Below are positions 23,570 through 36,429 of a stretch of 64,000 nt of DNA, in pieces; position 1 is the first letter of the stretch; the number at the start of each line of letters is the position of its first letter. The translations under genes and the position numbers were made by a program. Below the pieces are notes generated by a model. It worked only from the letters and a program-made list of their open reading frames with translations, had not been told where the DNA came from and did not search any database. The stretch is from assembly GCF_963921235.1 (NCBI RefSeq), contig NC_086097.1:174780001-174844000 (forward strand). Reading direction: 5' to 3'. The stretch comes from Mobula hypostoma (taxonomy: Eukaryota).

Positions 23570-25290
23570 CGAAGACAAGGCAGTGTCTACATGGACTTTA
23601 GAAAGGCATCTGACATGATCCCGCATGGGAGGTTGGTCAGGAAAATGCAGTCGCTTGGCATTCAGGATGAGGTAGTAAATTGGATTAGATACTGGCTTTG
23701 CAGGAGAACCCAGAGTGTGGTAGTAAAGGGTTGCCTCCCTAACAGGCGGCCTGTGACTTATTGAATGCAACTGGGATTGGTGTTGGGTCCATTGTTGTTT
23801 GTCATCTATATCAACGACTTGAATGATAAGTGGTTAACTGGATCAGAAAATTCGTGGATGACACCAAGATTGGGGTTGTAGTGATCATCGAGGAAGACTA
23901 TCAGACGTGGCAATATGATCTAGACCAGCTAGAATAATGGGTTGAAAAATGCCAGATAGAATTTAATGCAGACAAGTGCGAATTGTTGCACTTCAGTAGG
24001 ACCAACTAGGGTAGGTCTTACACAGTGAACACTAGGGCTCTGAGGATTGTGGTAGAACAAAGGGATCTGGGAATACAGGTACACAATTCAATGAAAGTGG
24101 CATCACAGGTGAAAAGGGTTGGAAAGAAATCTCTTGGCACATTAGCCTTCATAAAACAAAATATTGAGTGCAGGAGATGGGATGTTATGTTGAGGTTCAA
24201 TGTCATTGCGATCACAGTCTGAATATCATTGTACACTCTGGGCAATAATTACAATGGCATTTTACTTCAAATGGCATGTTCTCATTTCTTAGAAGCATTG
24301 TGTATGCCTTACTACATTTCAGGTCTTGACCTAATGTAGCATGAATGTTACTTGCCATTATCAGCCCATGACTGAATGTTGTCTAGGTCTAGTACATGCA
24401 AGGGTGGGCTGCTTTATTTGTTAAGGAGTAGTGATTGGAACTGAAATTACACAAGATCTCTGCTTACAATCTAATGAAAAAAAGGCGGCCATCGATGAAG
24501 CAACTGAAGATGAATGGGTCTAGAACTCAGTCCTAAGAAGTTGCTATTAAAGGGTTGAGATAATTGATCTATAACAATCTTACGTAAGGCATAATTCCAA
24601 TTAAATATTTTTACTCTGATGTCAAAGTGCCTTTATGCCGCACTTGCTCAATGTTGTCTTGATGTTAGAGGCGGTCACTTCCACTTTTCACTCCAGGACT
24701 CTGTTCTTTGGTCTACATGCGCAGGAGATGGAATGTTATGTAGAAGTTGTGTGAACCATTGGTGAGGCCTAATTTGGAGTATTGTGCGCAGTTTTGGTTA
24801 TCTACCTACAGGAAATATGTAAATAAGGTTGAAAGAATACAGAGAAAATTTATGAGGACGTTGCCAGGACTGGAGGACCCTGAGTTTAGGGAAAACTGCA
24901 TATGTTAGGACTTTATTCCTTGGAACGTAGAAAATTGAGAGGAGATTTGACAGAGGTATACAAAATTATGAGCGGTGTAGATAGGGTAAATGCAAGCAGG
25001 CTTTTTCCGCTGTGATTGGGTAGGACTACAAATGGAGATTAAAGGTGAAAGGTGAAAAGTTTAAGGGGAACATGAGGGGAACCTTCTTCACGCAGAGGAT
25101 CATGAGAGTGTGGAACAAGCTGCCAGCGCAAGGGGTAATGTGAGCTTTTTGTCAATTTTTAAAGAGAAGTTTGGATAGTAGGGATATGGATGGCTATCAA
25201 TGGAACTAGTTAGTTTAAATGGCTCAGCACAGACCAGATGGGCTGAAAGGCCTGTTTCTGTGCTGCACTTTTCTATGATTCTTTGACTCT
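23570..25290 (+). mobile_element. Decayed CR1 LINE RT/3' end with an unrelated ~520-bp insert (24198-24719)
   Basis: RT-region nucleotide similarity to the other CR1 copies; EQRDLGIQVHNSMKV; 3' UTR ending at ~25290. Confidence 0.8.
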
Positions 25291-25655
25291 ACAACTCAAT
25301 AGCAAAATTTTTCTATAAAGAGGATATTGAGAGAAGTTTTCTTCCTGTTGGGAAAACAATCAGCAGCCTACAATATAAGGGACTCACCAAGAAATCCTGT
25401 TGGTGTTCAGAAGAAACTTTTTTTTTAATTTAAAGACCCAAAATGTGCCTAAACAAATGTGGAATGAGCACTCACATGGAGTGATTCAGGTGTATTTGAG
25501 GGAGATTGGACAAGCAGAAGGGGAAAGAAGCAAATAGAGGGTTGTGCTGATAGCTTTAAATGACAAAGAAATGGAAGCAAACAAAATTGGGTATAAATGC
25601 CAGCATGCAGAGTTCAGACCAAATGGTCTACTTCTGTTCTGTATGTTCCACTTAC

Positions 25656-25884
25656 AAACGTCCTTTGAACCAGAGATTGCTCCACAAAATGAATGCCTAT
25701 TGAATGTGGAGTAACCCAGGGAACGCGACTGAGCTCCATCCCACATCTCACACAACAGTATTCTTTATGGATTGTTGGCAACAGATTCCTCCCTCTGAGC
25801 TCAGACCACGGAGCTTGTTCCCATAGAGAAAAAATGTACTTATGAATGTTGCTGCTTGCAACGTTCACCACTTATTCGTGCCCA
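25656..25884 (-). other. Candidate spliced exon of the minus-strand transcript (probably partly 5' UTR); a second candidate lies at ~25990-26097
   Basis: Acceptor ...aacattttcag and donor gtaagt in unique sequence. All three frames have a stop near the 5' end, so it could be coding only from an internal ATG. Confidence 0.25.
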
Positions 25885-26184
25885 CTGAAAATGTTAATAT
25901 GTAAAATCAAATTAAAATATGTAAAATACCATTAATCAGGAAGACTTCGTTAAATATTCAAATTCCCTGATATAAAAGCACATACTTACTCAAATAAACC
26001 ATGGCCACACCTAGAAATTCAACAGCTGGCGAGATTCCAAGTTTACAGGCCTTCCCATTTACTTCTTTATGTCAGAGAAACACTTGGACTCAAGAGACTG
26101 ACAGATATTGCAAACATAAAAACACAAGTGAACCAGTTAAAGACATCAAAATAGGTCAGCACTGAGATACACTGGCCAATATCA

Positions 26185-27538
26185 TATAACCATAACAGCA
26201 CGGAAACAGACCATCTCGGCCCTTCTAGTCCGTGCCGAACTCTTACTCTCACCTAGTCCAACCGACCTGCACTCAGCCCATAACCCTCCATATCTTTCCT
26301 GTCCATACCTTTCCTGTCCATATATCTATCCAATTTAACTTTAAACAACAACATAGAACCTGCCTCAACCACTTCTGCTGGAAGCTCGTTCCACACAGCT
26401 ACCACTCTCTAAGTAAAGAAGTTCCCCCTCATGTTACCCCTAAACTTTTGTCCTTTAACTCTCAACTCATGTCCTCTTGTTTCAATCTTCCCCACTCTCA
26501 ATGGAAAAAGCCTATCCACTTCAACTCTATCAATCCCCTTCATAATTTTAAACACCTCTCTCAAGTCCCCCCTCAACCTTCTACGCTCCAAAGAATAAAG
26601 ACCTAACTTGTTCAACTTTTCTCTGTAACTTAGGAGATGAAACCCAGGCAACATTTCAGTAAACCTCCTCTGTACTCTCTCAATTTTATTGACATCTTTC
26701 CTATAATTCGGTGACCAGACCTGTACACAATATTCCAAATTTGGCCTTAGCAATGCCCTATACAATTTCAACATTACATCCTAACTCCTATACTTAATGC
26801 TTTGATTAATAAAGGCCAGCATACCAAAAGCTTTCTTCACCATCCTATCCACATGAGATTCCACCTTTAGGGAACTATGCACCATTATTCCTGTGCACCA
26901 TAGATCCCTCTGTTCTACAGCATTCTTCAATGCCCTACCATTTACCATGTATGTCCTATTTTGATTAGTCCTACCAAAATGTAGCACCTCACATTTTTCA
27001 GCATTAAACTCCATCTGCCATCTTTCAACCTACTCTTCTAACTGTCCTAAATCTCTCTGCAAGCTTCGAAAACCTACCTCATCATCCACAACACCACCTA
27101 TCTTAGTATCATCTGCATACTTACCAATCCAATTTACCATCCCATCATCCAGATCATTAATATATATCACAAACAACATTGGACCCAGTACAGATCCCTG
27201 AGGCACACCGCTACACACTGTCCTCCAATCTGACACACAGTTATCCACCACTACTCTCTGGCGTCTCCCATCTAGCCTAACGCAGTCTCTTAGGAGCTGC
27301 ATCTGGACGCACCTGGCGCAGATGTGGATATCCGGGAGGCTGGGAGACTCCACTACCTCCCACATCTGGTACTGAGAACAACAAGCCGCCCTCACACTCA
27401 TACCTCTCTTCAAATAACGGGAAAAAAATGAAAAATCAAACCCTCTTCGCCTCGCCTGTTTCTGCCTAAGCCCAATTAGCCAAAGCCCTTAAGCCTTCAC
27501 TCTGCTCCCGGCTCACTCCGCAACCCGCAAACTACGCA
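26185..27538 (-). mobile_element. CR1 LINE with 5' UTR/ORF1 zinc finger fused to the RT 3' half
   Basis: ORF 27030-27413 reads CCSQYQMWE...HICARCVQMQLLRDCVR (ORF1 finger) straight into [10 protein letters not shown]...[10 protein letters not shown]...YADDTK; AATATC flanks both ends. Confidence 0.85.
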
Positions 27539-28189
27539 AATATCTTCTCCTTCTTGATGGACTTAATTTTGGGATAGTAAACTAGACTTCAAATCCCAGC
27601 TGGGAATTTTAAATTCAGTTTATTAAGTAAGTCAGATAGTTTTTAAAAGACAGTTCTGACAACGGTGACCACAAAACCACAGGATAATCATTCTGACTGG
27701 TTACATCACAGCCTGGTAAGGAGGTTCCATTGCACAGGATCGGATCACAGGGCTCCCCACCATCAAGGACATCTTCAGGAGATGGTACCTCAAGAACACA
27801 GCATCCATCACTAAGGACCTCACTATCTGGGACATGTCTTTTTCTCATTGATTCTGCTGTCCTTAACCAGTCTGGCTTTTATGTTCAATATGTGCCCAAA
27901 ACCGTCCCCTGAAATGGCCCAGCAAACTGGGTATATCTGCAAATAAGCAGCGGAACTGCCACAGCAGTTGAAGGAACTTCCTACTGCCTTCACGAGGGCA
28001 ATTAGGGACGGGTACACCCTCACCCCCCTGGGAGTTAGGGATGTAAATGTGACTACATCACATGGGACGGATGGGCATTGCTGGTGTGATCACGTTCCAA
28101 GAGAATTTGAAGAGTAGAAGAGAATGGAAATAAGTGATTCAGTCCAACTGGTCCATACTGACTAATGTGCTCATCTAAATTAGACCCAT

Positions 28190-28822
28190 TTCTCTGTCCG
28201 CCAAAGAAAGCAAGATCTCCCAGTGGCCACACATTTTAATTCCACATCCCATTCCCATTCTGATATGTCTATCCATGGCCTCCTCTACTGTAAATATGAA
28301 GCCACACTCAGGTTGGAGGAACAACACCTTATATTCCATCTGGGTAGCCTCCAATCTGATGGCATGAACATTGACCTCAAACTTCTACTAATGCCCCACC
28401 TCCCCCTCGTACCCCGTCTGTTATTTATTTATATACAAACATTCTGTTTCTCTCTCTCCTTTTTCTCCCTCTGTCCCTCTGACTATACCCCTTGCCCATC
28501 CTCTGGGCTTCCCCCTCCCTCTTTTCTTTCTCCCTGGGCCTCCTGTCCCATGATCCTCTCATATCCATTTTGCCAATCAACTGTCCAGCTCTTGGCTCCA
28601 TTTTTCCTCCTCCTGTCTTCTCCTATCATTTTGGATCTCCCCCCCCCCCCGCCACTTTCAAATCTCTTACTAGCTCTTCTTTCAGTTAGTCCTGACGAAG
28701 GGTCTTGGCCTGAAACGTCGACTGTACCTCTTCCTATAGATGCTGCTTGGCCTGCTGCGTCCACCAGCAACTTTTATGTGTGTTGCTTGAAATTCCAGCA
28801 TCTGCAGATTTCCTCGTGTTTC
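28190..28822 (+). mobile_element. Penelope-like 3' fragment (GIY-YIG tail, pyrimidine-rich spacer, terminal repeat)
   Basis: VATHFNSTSHSHSDMSIHGL...RLEEQHLIFHLGSLQSDGMNID is the PLE endonuclease C-terminus. Confidence 0.9.
28688..28723 (+). ncRNA. Minimal type I hammerhead ribozyme
   Basis: AGUC-CUGACGA-AGG(GUCUUGG)CCU-GAAA-CGUC/GACU; predicted cleavage after C28719. Confidence 0.85.
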
Positions 28823-28849
28823 CATTTATCTGTGTTTGTCCTACATCCT

Positions 28850-31725
28850 AGTGGGAAGGTTTGCGAATGCTGCACAGGGGTGTTTAAACCAGAGTTGCAA
28901 GGAGATTGTTATTAGAGCACCAGAACAGATAGTGGAGTGATTATTGAGAAAGATGGTGTTAAGCCTACATACAAGGCCAGGAATCAAAAGGTTGAGCATG
29001 CTGAGACCAATGTTCAAACCTGTGCATATTTCAATGCAAGAAGAATCGCAGGAAAGTCAGATGAGCTTAGGGCATGGATTAGCAAGTGGAATTATGACAT
29101 TGTAGCCATTAGTGAGACTTGGTTGCAGGACTGGCTGTTCAGTGTTCTGTGTTTCTGTTGTTTTAGTTATGACAGAACGGGAGGGATTAAAGGAGGAGGG
29201 TGGCGTCACTAGTTATGGAAAATGTCACGGCAGTGTTCAGTCAGGACAGACTGCAGAGCCTGGCTAGTGAGGCTTTATAGGTAGAAGAGAGGAATAAGAA
29301 TAACAATCCGTGGGATTTGGAGGAGCAGATTTGTAGAGAGATCGCAGACTGTTACAAGAAACATAAGGGTGTGATAGTAGGTGATTTTAACTTTCCACAT
29401 ATTGACTGGAACTCCCATACTGTAAAAGGCCTGGATGGGAGTTTGTCAAATGTGTTCAGGAACATTTCCTTGATCGGTACATAGAAGTGCCAATGAGCGA
29501 GAATGCGATACTAGATGTGCTATTCCAGAATGAGAAAGACCGGGAGACAGAAGTTTGTGTAGGGGAACACTTTGCATCAGCTGATTATAATGATATTAGT
29601 TTCAAAGTAATTATGGAAAAGGATAGATCTGTTGCTTGGGTTGAGATTCTAAGATTGGAGAAAAGCCAATTTTGATGGTATCAGAATGGATCTGGCAAGT
29701 GTGGAATGGGACAGTTTGTTTTCTGGCAAAGATGTTTTTAGTAAATGGGAGGCCTTCAAAAGTGAAGTTTTGCGAGTAAAGTGTCTGTATGTCTCTGTCA
29801 GAATAAAAGGCAAGGTTTTCAAGAGCTATTGAGGCTGGAGTTGAGAAAAAGAAGGAGATGCATAGCAGGTAGAGGCAGGCAGGAACAAACAGGGCACCTG
29901 AGGAGTACAAGAAATATGAAAACACTGAAGGAAATCGTGGGCTGAAGGAAGACACAGTTGTTCTAGCAGACAAGGTGAAGGAGAATCCCGAGGAGTTATA
30001 CAGATATATTAAGAGCAAAAGGATAGCAAGAGACAATATCGGTTCTCTGGATGATCAGAGTGGTAATCCACGCATGGAGCCAAGAGAGATGGGGGAGATC
30101 TTAAACTGATTTTTTTGCATCTGTATTCACTCAGAAGACAGACAGAGTCCGTAGATATGAGGCAATGCAGCAGTGAGGTCATGGACCCTCTGCAGAGGAG
30201 GAAGTGTTTGCTGTCTTGAAGCAAAATAGGGTGGATAAATCTCAGGACCTGACAAGGTGTTCCCTCGAACCCTGTATGAGGCCAGTGCAGAAATTGCAGG
30301 GGCCCTAACAGAGATATTTAAAACCTCCTTAGCCACCAGTGAGGTGCTGGAGGATTGGAGGATAGCGAATATTGTTCTGTAGTTTAAGAACAGCTCTAAG
30401 AATAAGCCAGGAAATTATAGGCCGGTGCGTCTGACATCAGTTGTGGGAAAGCTATTGGAAGGTATTCTAAGAAACCAGATATGTAACTATTTGGATAGAC
30501 ACGGACTGATTAGGGATAGTCAACATGGCTTTGTGCATGGTATTTCATGCCTAACTAATCTTGTAGAGTTTTTGGAGGAAATTAGCAGGAAAGCTGACAA
30601 AGGCAAAGCAGTGAAGATTATCTACGTGGACTCCAGCAAAGTCTTTGTCAAGGTCCGGCGTGGGAAGCTGGTCAAGAAGGTTCAGTCGCTTGGCATTCAA
30701 GATGAGGCTGTGCCAGAAGGATCATTGCTTGGTGCTGAGTTCATTATCATTTGTCATCCATATCAATGATCTGGATGATAATGTACTAAACTGGTTCAGC
30801 AAATTTGCAGATGGCATCAAGATTAGGGCTGTAGTGGATAGTGAGGAAAACTATCAAAGCTTGCAGTGGGATTTGAACTAGCTGGAAAAGTGGGCTAAAA
30901 AATGGCAGATGGAATTTAATACAGAAATGTGAGGTGTTGCACTTTGCGAAGTCCAACCAGGGTAGGTCTTACACAGTGAGTGGTAGGGCACTGGAAAGTG
31001 CAGTAGAACAGAGGGATCAGGGAATACAGGTCCATAATTCCTTGAAAGTAACATCACAGGTAGGTAGGGTCAGAAAGAAAGCTTTTGGCACATTGGCCTT
31101 TATAAATTAATCTATTGGGTACATGAGTTGCAATGTTATGTTGAAATTGTACTGTATTTTTGTGAGGCCAAATTTAGAGTATTGCGTGCAATTCTGGTCA
31201 CCTACTTAGAGGAAAGATGTAAATAAGATTGAAAGGGTGCAGAGAAAATTTACAAGGATGTTGCCCAGACTTTAGGACCCGAGTTATGGAGAAAGGTTGA
31301 ATAAGTTAGGATTTTGTTCCCTAGAACATAGAAGATCGAAGGGAGATTTGACAGAGGTATACAAAATTATGAGGGGCATAAATAGGGTAAATGCAAACAG
31401 GCTTTTTCCACTGAGGTTGAGTGAAACTACAATTAGATATCATGTTTTAAGGGAAGGGTGAAAGTTGAAAAGTTTAAAAGGAACATGAGGGGGAATTTCT
31501 TCACTCAGAAGGTGGTGAGAGTGTTGAATGAGCTGCCTGTGCAAGTGATGGATGCAGGGTTGATTTCAACATTTAAGAGAGATTTGTACAGGTACATGGA
31601 TGGGAGAGGTATGCAGGGCAATGGTCCGGGTGCCTGATGGGACCGGGCAGATTAATGGTTCAGCACAGACTAAAGGGGCTGAAGGACCTACTTCAGTGCT
31701 GTAGTGTTGGATGATTTTATGACTT
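28850..31725 (+). mobile_element. Near-complete but decayed CR1 ORF2 (EN+RT) with 3' UTR
   Basis: YFNARRI, DIVAISETWL, LTSVVGKLLEGIL, SKFADGIK; many stops and frameshifts. Confidence 0.9.
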
Positions 31726-32719
31726 CTATTTGTCTAAACCTTTCCTGTCATTGTACCTGTCTGTCTACTGTATGTTTTATCATCATCAGTGTCCCTACTT
31801 CAATCACTGATTATTCCATATGCAGATCATTCCGTATAGATTCTATATGGACCACCTCCAGAGGAAAAGCTTGCCCCTCAGGCTCCTATTAAATCTCTCC
31901 CCTTATTGACTAAACCTATGCCCTCTAGTTCCTGATTCCCCACCCCTGGGCAAAAGATTCTGCACATTCTACACCCCTCATCATTTTGGGCATGTGTTCG
32001 ACAGGAATCTGCAAAAAGCATCAAGACTGATGAATATTGGGAATTACCTGCAGTCAGTCACATGGTGGAGTGACGGCTCGGTTAAGGGTCAGAAGCAGCA
32101 AGATTGTCACCCACTTCTTTCCCGCTTTGGCAACAACACATGTTCTTCCTGTGATGTAGGTGTGTTTGATGTATTATAAACCTCCCCTCTCACCCCCTCC
32201 CAAGGGCAACTTCTGAAGCTTATCCACCACTTGTTCCGAAACAGAAGGGTCACCAAAATGCATGAAAGTGGGGGAGGAAGTGGGATGATTACAGATGAAG
32301 AGCTCACCACTTTAGCACCAGTTAAAAATTAGACACTACTGTAGTAAGTAAAAGCAGACCACACCAACACACTGCAGGTCGGGCAGCATCTATGAAGAGG
32401 GAAACAGCTATCGTTTAAGGTCAATGACCACAACCACCCCTCCCATCCCCTCCCCTCATCAGCATCAGGGACTTGAGATGCTATTTCCCTGGGTGTGACA
32501 CAGCTGGTGTCTGCCTCGGTGTCTTCCCAGTTCACTGTGCTGAACGACATTAAAATGAAAAATATCTGCACCATACAGTTCCACACGAGACTCCTAAATT
32601 TGCTACAAATTAACAAATATTGTCATTTGCAAGGAATCATTTACAACGCCTGTTACCATGTGAGGTGCTGCAAGGCTTTGCAGACAGAGCAGCACACTAT
32701 TTAATTGAAAAACACATCC

Positions 32720-33150
32720 CACTCACCGGCACGGAGCAGAGGTGTTGGGGTTTAGCGGAGGGCAGCGGTCTTTTCCCTGTGGTCGGCGACGATTTGTCTG
32801 CAGATGCCCGACAGCCGCACCTCATCCATCCCCCGGCTGAGCCGTGCGGGAAGTATCAGGAAGTTTCAGCGGCGGCGGCGGGGCGGTGCGTTGCTGCCTC
32901 GGTCTGTGCGGGAAGTGGAGGTTGAACGGGCATCAGCCCTGCCCACGTTAAAGAGAGAGAGAGAGAGCGCGGATGGCGAGTGCCAGCTCCGGGATCACGC
33001 TCCGGCCGTTTAGCAATGCCACCCAGCTACAGCTTGCCAAAAGCACTGTGCCTCCAACCTGGAGTGGCTTGCACCTTTACCAGGTGAGAGGGCTCCCTCT
33101 TTGCGCGGGTTTTCAACGGGGGAGGGCAGGGATGTATCCTTCTCCGTAGT
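32720..33150. promoter_or_regulatory. CpG-rich promoter, possibly bidirectional
   Basis: The only CpG-dense non-repeat segment. Contains a GC box (ggggcgg ~32880), GTGCGGGAAGT twice (32844-32854, 32906-32916) and caggaagt (ETS-like), with outward-facing donors at ~32820 (minus) and 33084 (plus). Confidence 0.7.
32973..33083 (+). CDS. Probable first coding exon of an unidentified host gene (MASASSGITLRPFSNATQLQLAKSTVPPTWSGLHLYQ)
   Basis: cggATGG start within the CpG island; 37 open codons ending at a strong CAG|gtgaga donor. Could be a uORF. Confidence 0.55.
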
Positions 33151-34934
33151 GGGATTGCTACAGTTCGGTTGTGACTCTTAATGGGAAGCGTGGGTGGCAA
33201 AGACTTGCCCCCCCCCCCCCGGTTTTCTCTGTTTCATCATTGGGATGTGTTTTAAAGTCAGTCTTTAGTTTGGGAGGAGAGGTGGGGCCTCAGATGTTTC
33301 TAGTGTAACGAGGTACCCCAACCACCATGGGGTCTGTCCCCGAAGAGGTTACCACCCTGATAGATGGTGGGGTCTAACGTGTTAAAGTGCCCCCCCAACC
33401 CTTCCACAGAGCGGTAGGGCGTTGCCTCTCTGTTGGTGATGAATCAGCTGGTAACCGGAGCAAACAAAATGTCCTGCTAGGGCTGATTATGTCCTGCTTT
33501 GGGAACCTGGGTTGTTTTTCTCTCTGCATCTGTGTCTCAAATCTTTTGTGGGTTGAGGCTTACTTTGAAAGTGAATTCGTGCGTGATTTTTTTCCCCCCC
33601 AGAGATTTTGCTTCTGGTGGTAAAGGTAAAGGTGGTTAGGGGAAAGGGTGGGCTATTTTGTCAGAATCTGGGACCTGGGTGGTGACAGAAATATTCAGGG
33701 GTTCTCAGCAGAAGTCACTTGGTGCTGTTGAACTCTTGGAGGAGGGTTGATGAGGGAGAATATTGGATGTAGATCTTTAGCAAGGGCGTCCCATGTGGCA
33801 GGTGGATTGAGATAAAGCTCTTGGCATTCAAGGAATTAAAATTTGGCTCAGCGTTAAAAAGCAGTGGTTAATGGGGATGGCCATATTGGTGACAGGAGGG
33901 CTGTGTGTGGTGAGGTTTTTGCGGGGTCAGTATTGGGGCCCCTTGCTTTCTGTGGTTTAACTGAATGGTTTGGATTTAAATACAATAGCCAAGGAGTTGA
34001 ATGGCATAGAAATAGGCCCTTCAGCCCATCTCATGCATGCTGTCCAACTCGGCTACCTGAGCCAGTACCATTTGCCTGCTTCGGGTCCATATCACTCTCA
34101 ACCATTCCTATCCAAACATCTTTTAAGTGTTGTAATTGTATCCATCTCTAGCACTTCCTCTATCAGCTCGATCCATGTACCAACCACCCTCTTTGTGGAA
34201 AATGTTGTCCCATAGGTCCTCTTTCAATCGATCGCTCCTCACTTCAAGTAGAACATAGCACAGCAACAGGGCCTTCAGCTAACAACGTCTGTGCTGAATA
34301 TGATACCAAATTAAAATAATTTGCTTCTGTCTGTACAGTATCCCTAGCCCTCCATTCCCTCCATATCCGTGTGTCTGCCTAACAGCCTCTTAAACACCTC
34401 TATTGTATTAGTTTTCAACACCACCGCTGACAGCATGTTCTGGGTACCCAGGACTCTGTGTGAATAAACATTTACCTGTACCCAGGACTCTGTTTGAATA
34501 AACATTTACCTGTACTTTCTCCTCTGAGCTTTCCCCCTTTCAACTTAAGTGCAGCTGCTCTCGGCTTTGACTTTTCTACCTTGGGAAAAAGATTCTGTTT
34601 ACCCTATTTATGTCTGTCATAATTTTATAAACTTCTCTCAGGTCTCCCCTCAGCCGCTGAAGATCTGTAACACAGTCCTGTCTTGCTGTGTTACGTCCTG
34701 ACCAGTTGACTTTGCAATGGTGCCAGTTTACAGTTGTCTGGGAGGCTCTTTTCTCCTCTGGCTCCCAGTCCACCCTCTGTAGGAAGATGCTTGTCACTCT
34801 GATGGTCTCCCTGCCCCTTGGCTGAGATCTGTCAGGGGTAGGCTGTCAGCTCTTGCAGGACTTGCAAATCTCCAGCTGCTTGTTTTGAAGATGGTACAGT
34901 CGGGAGAGTCACTCCCAGCGGCAGAGACGAAAGT

Positions 34935-35130
34935 TTAGTCCTGACCTCGGATGGGGTTTGCAGACTCCCCCCGTGACTGTGTGAGTTTCCTCCCATATCC
35001 CAAAGTCATGCAGAGCGGGAGGTTAGTTGGCTGCTGTAAATTGTCACTAGTGTGTAGCTGAGTGTTAGGATCTGGGGGAGTTGTTGGGAATATGGGGAAA
35101 ATCAAAAATGGATTTGGTGTAAATTGTAAA
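34935..35130 (+). mobile_element. V-SINE (HE1-like) remnant
   Basis: gtttgcagactccccccgtgactgtgtgagtttcctcccatatcccaaag...taaattgtcactagtgtgt. Confidence 0.65.
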
Positions 35131-35930
35131 TAAGTGTAAATAAGTAGTTGAGTGGGGAGGAAATATAGGAGCCCGAAAATCCACACTCAACATTTTAAGA
35201 ACAGCATTTTCCCCTCTGCCATCAGGTTTCTGAACGGTCTATGATACTACCTTATTATTGGTCTTTTGCACTATTCGTTTATTTTTGTAATTTAAAAATA
35301 AATTTTAAATTTTTTTGTAGAAAATGTTTATAATACAGAACACCACTTGCTGCTGGTTTATTATTGTTGTCACGAGTATGGAGATAAAATGCACCCAGAC
35401 AGATCATTCCATACAGATGTACATTGAGGTAGTTAAAAGAAAACAATGCAGAATAGAGTGTTGCAGCCACAGAGAAAGTGAAATGCAGGTAGACAAATAA
35501 AGTGCAAGGGCCACAACGGAGTACACTGAGAGATCAAAGGTGATCTTTATCGGATGAGAGGTCCATACAGAAGTCTTTTATCAGCGGGATAAAAGCTATC
35601 CTTGAGCCTGGGTGTATGAGTTCTCAAAATTGTGTATCTTCTGTGTATGGGAGTGGGGGAAACTGAGGATGGTCAGGGTGCGAGGGGTCCTTGATTATTT
35701 TGGCTGCCTTCCTGAGGCAGTGGGAAGTGTAGGTTCAGTGGAGCACAGGCTGATTTGTATGATGGACTGGAACCATTTGGCCCATTGTGTTAGTGTTTGT
35801 CAAAGTTGAGTTAGCCCTCCCATCTTCCAGACCCAAGTCTATTCCCTTGCAAGGACTGTTATCTCAGGCACACATCCAAGCGCTGTTTAAATGAGTTCAT
35901 TTATTGCCTCTGACACATCTCTCCTATGTT

Positions 35931-36070
35931 CTTTCACACCAGTCAACATCCTGCCATTTATTATGGAGTTTGCTGACTTGTTAAACCCTCCTGGATGTGT
36001 GATCATATGATAGTTGCCAACTAAATGTGATTGAGATTTTTCAGGTGGAAGTACATCTTGTGTTGGCTTT
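35931..36070. repeat. Copy 1 of a diverged ~140-bp duplicated sequence (copy 2 at 43121-43259)
   Basis: Colinear alignment by eye, including an exact shared core tggatgtgtgatcat. Confidence 0.7.
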
Positions 36071-36429
36071 TCTCTATCTGATCTCCTCGACATTAATTAA
36101 CTCAGTGATCCTCTCCCTCGTACAGCAAGCTTTCACTCTGTGACAGCCGCCTTGCTTTTGTGCCTTCACTCCGAGCTTTCCCTGATCTCTCTCTCCCTCT
36201 CAAAAACCATCATCTTATCTGACCATTCTCATACCAGAGCTCATTTTTAAAACCTTACAACCATCAGCCCCTCAACCTATCAGTGTAAATTCCCTTGAAA
36301 AGCTTTTCATATCATGGAAATTAAGAAAAATGAATGACTGCTTTAACAAGTTGCAGTCTATCACTCAGCATGAATTCTAACGCATTGACATATTACACTT
36401 AACATCCTGACCTTATGATTCCTGCACCT

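Noticed and set aside
32973..33083. Faint resemblance of exon 1 to the METTL25B/RRNAD1 N-terminus (GI..R..S.....QLA)
   Set aside because: Similarity collapses after QLA and no downstream METTL25B-like exon was found; no gene symbol assigned.
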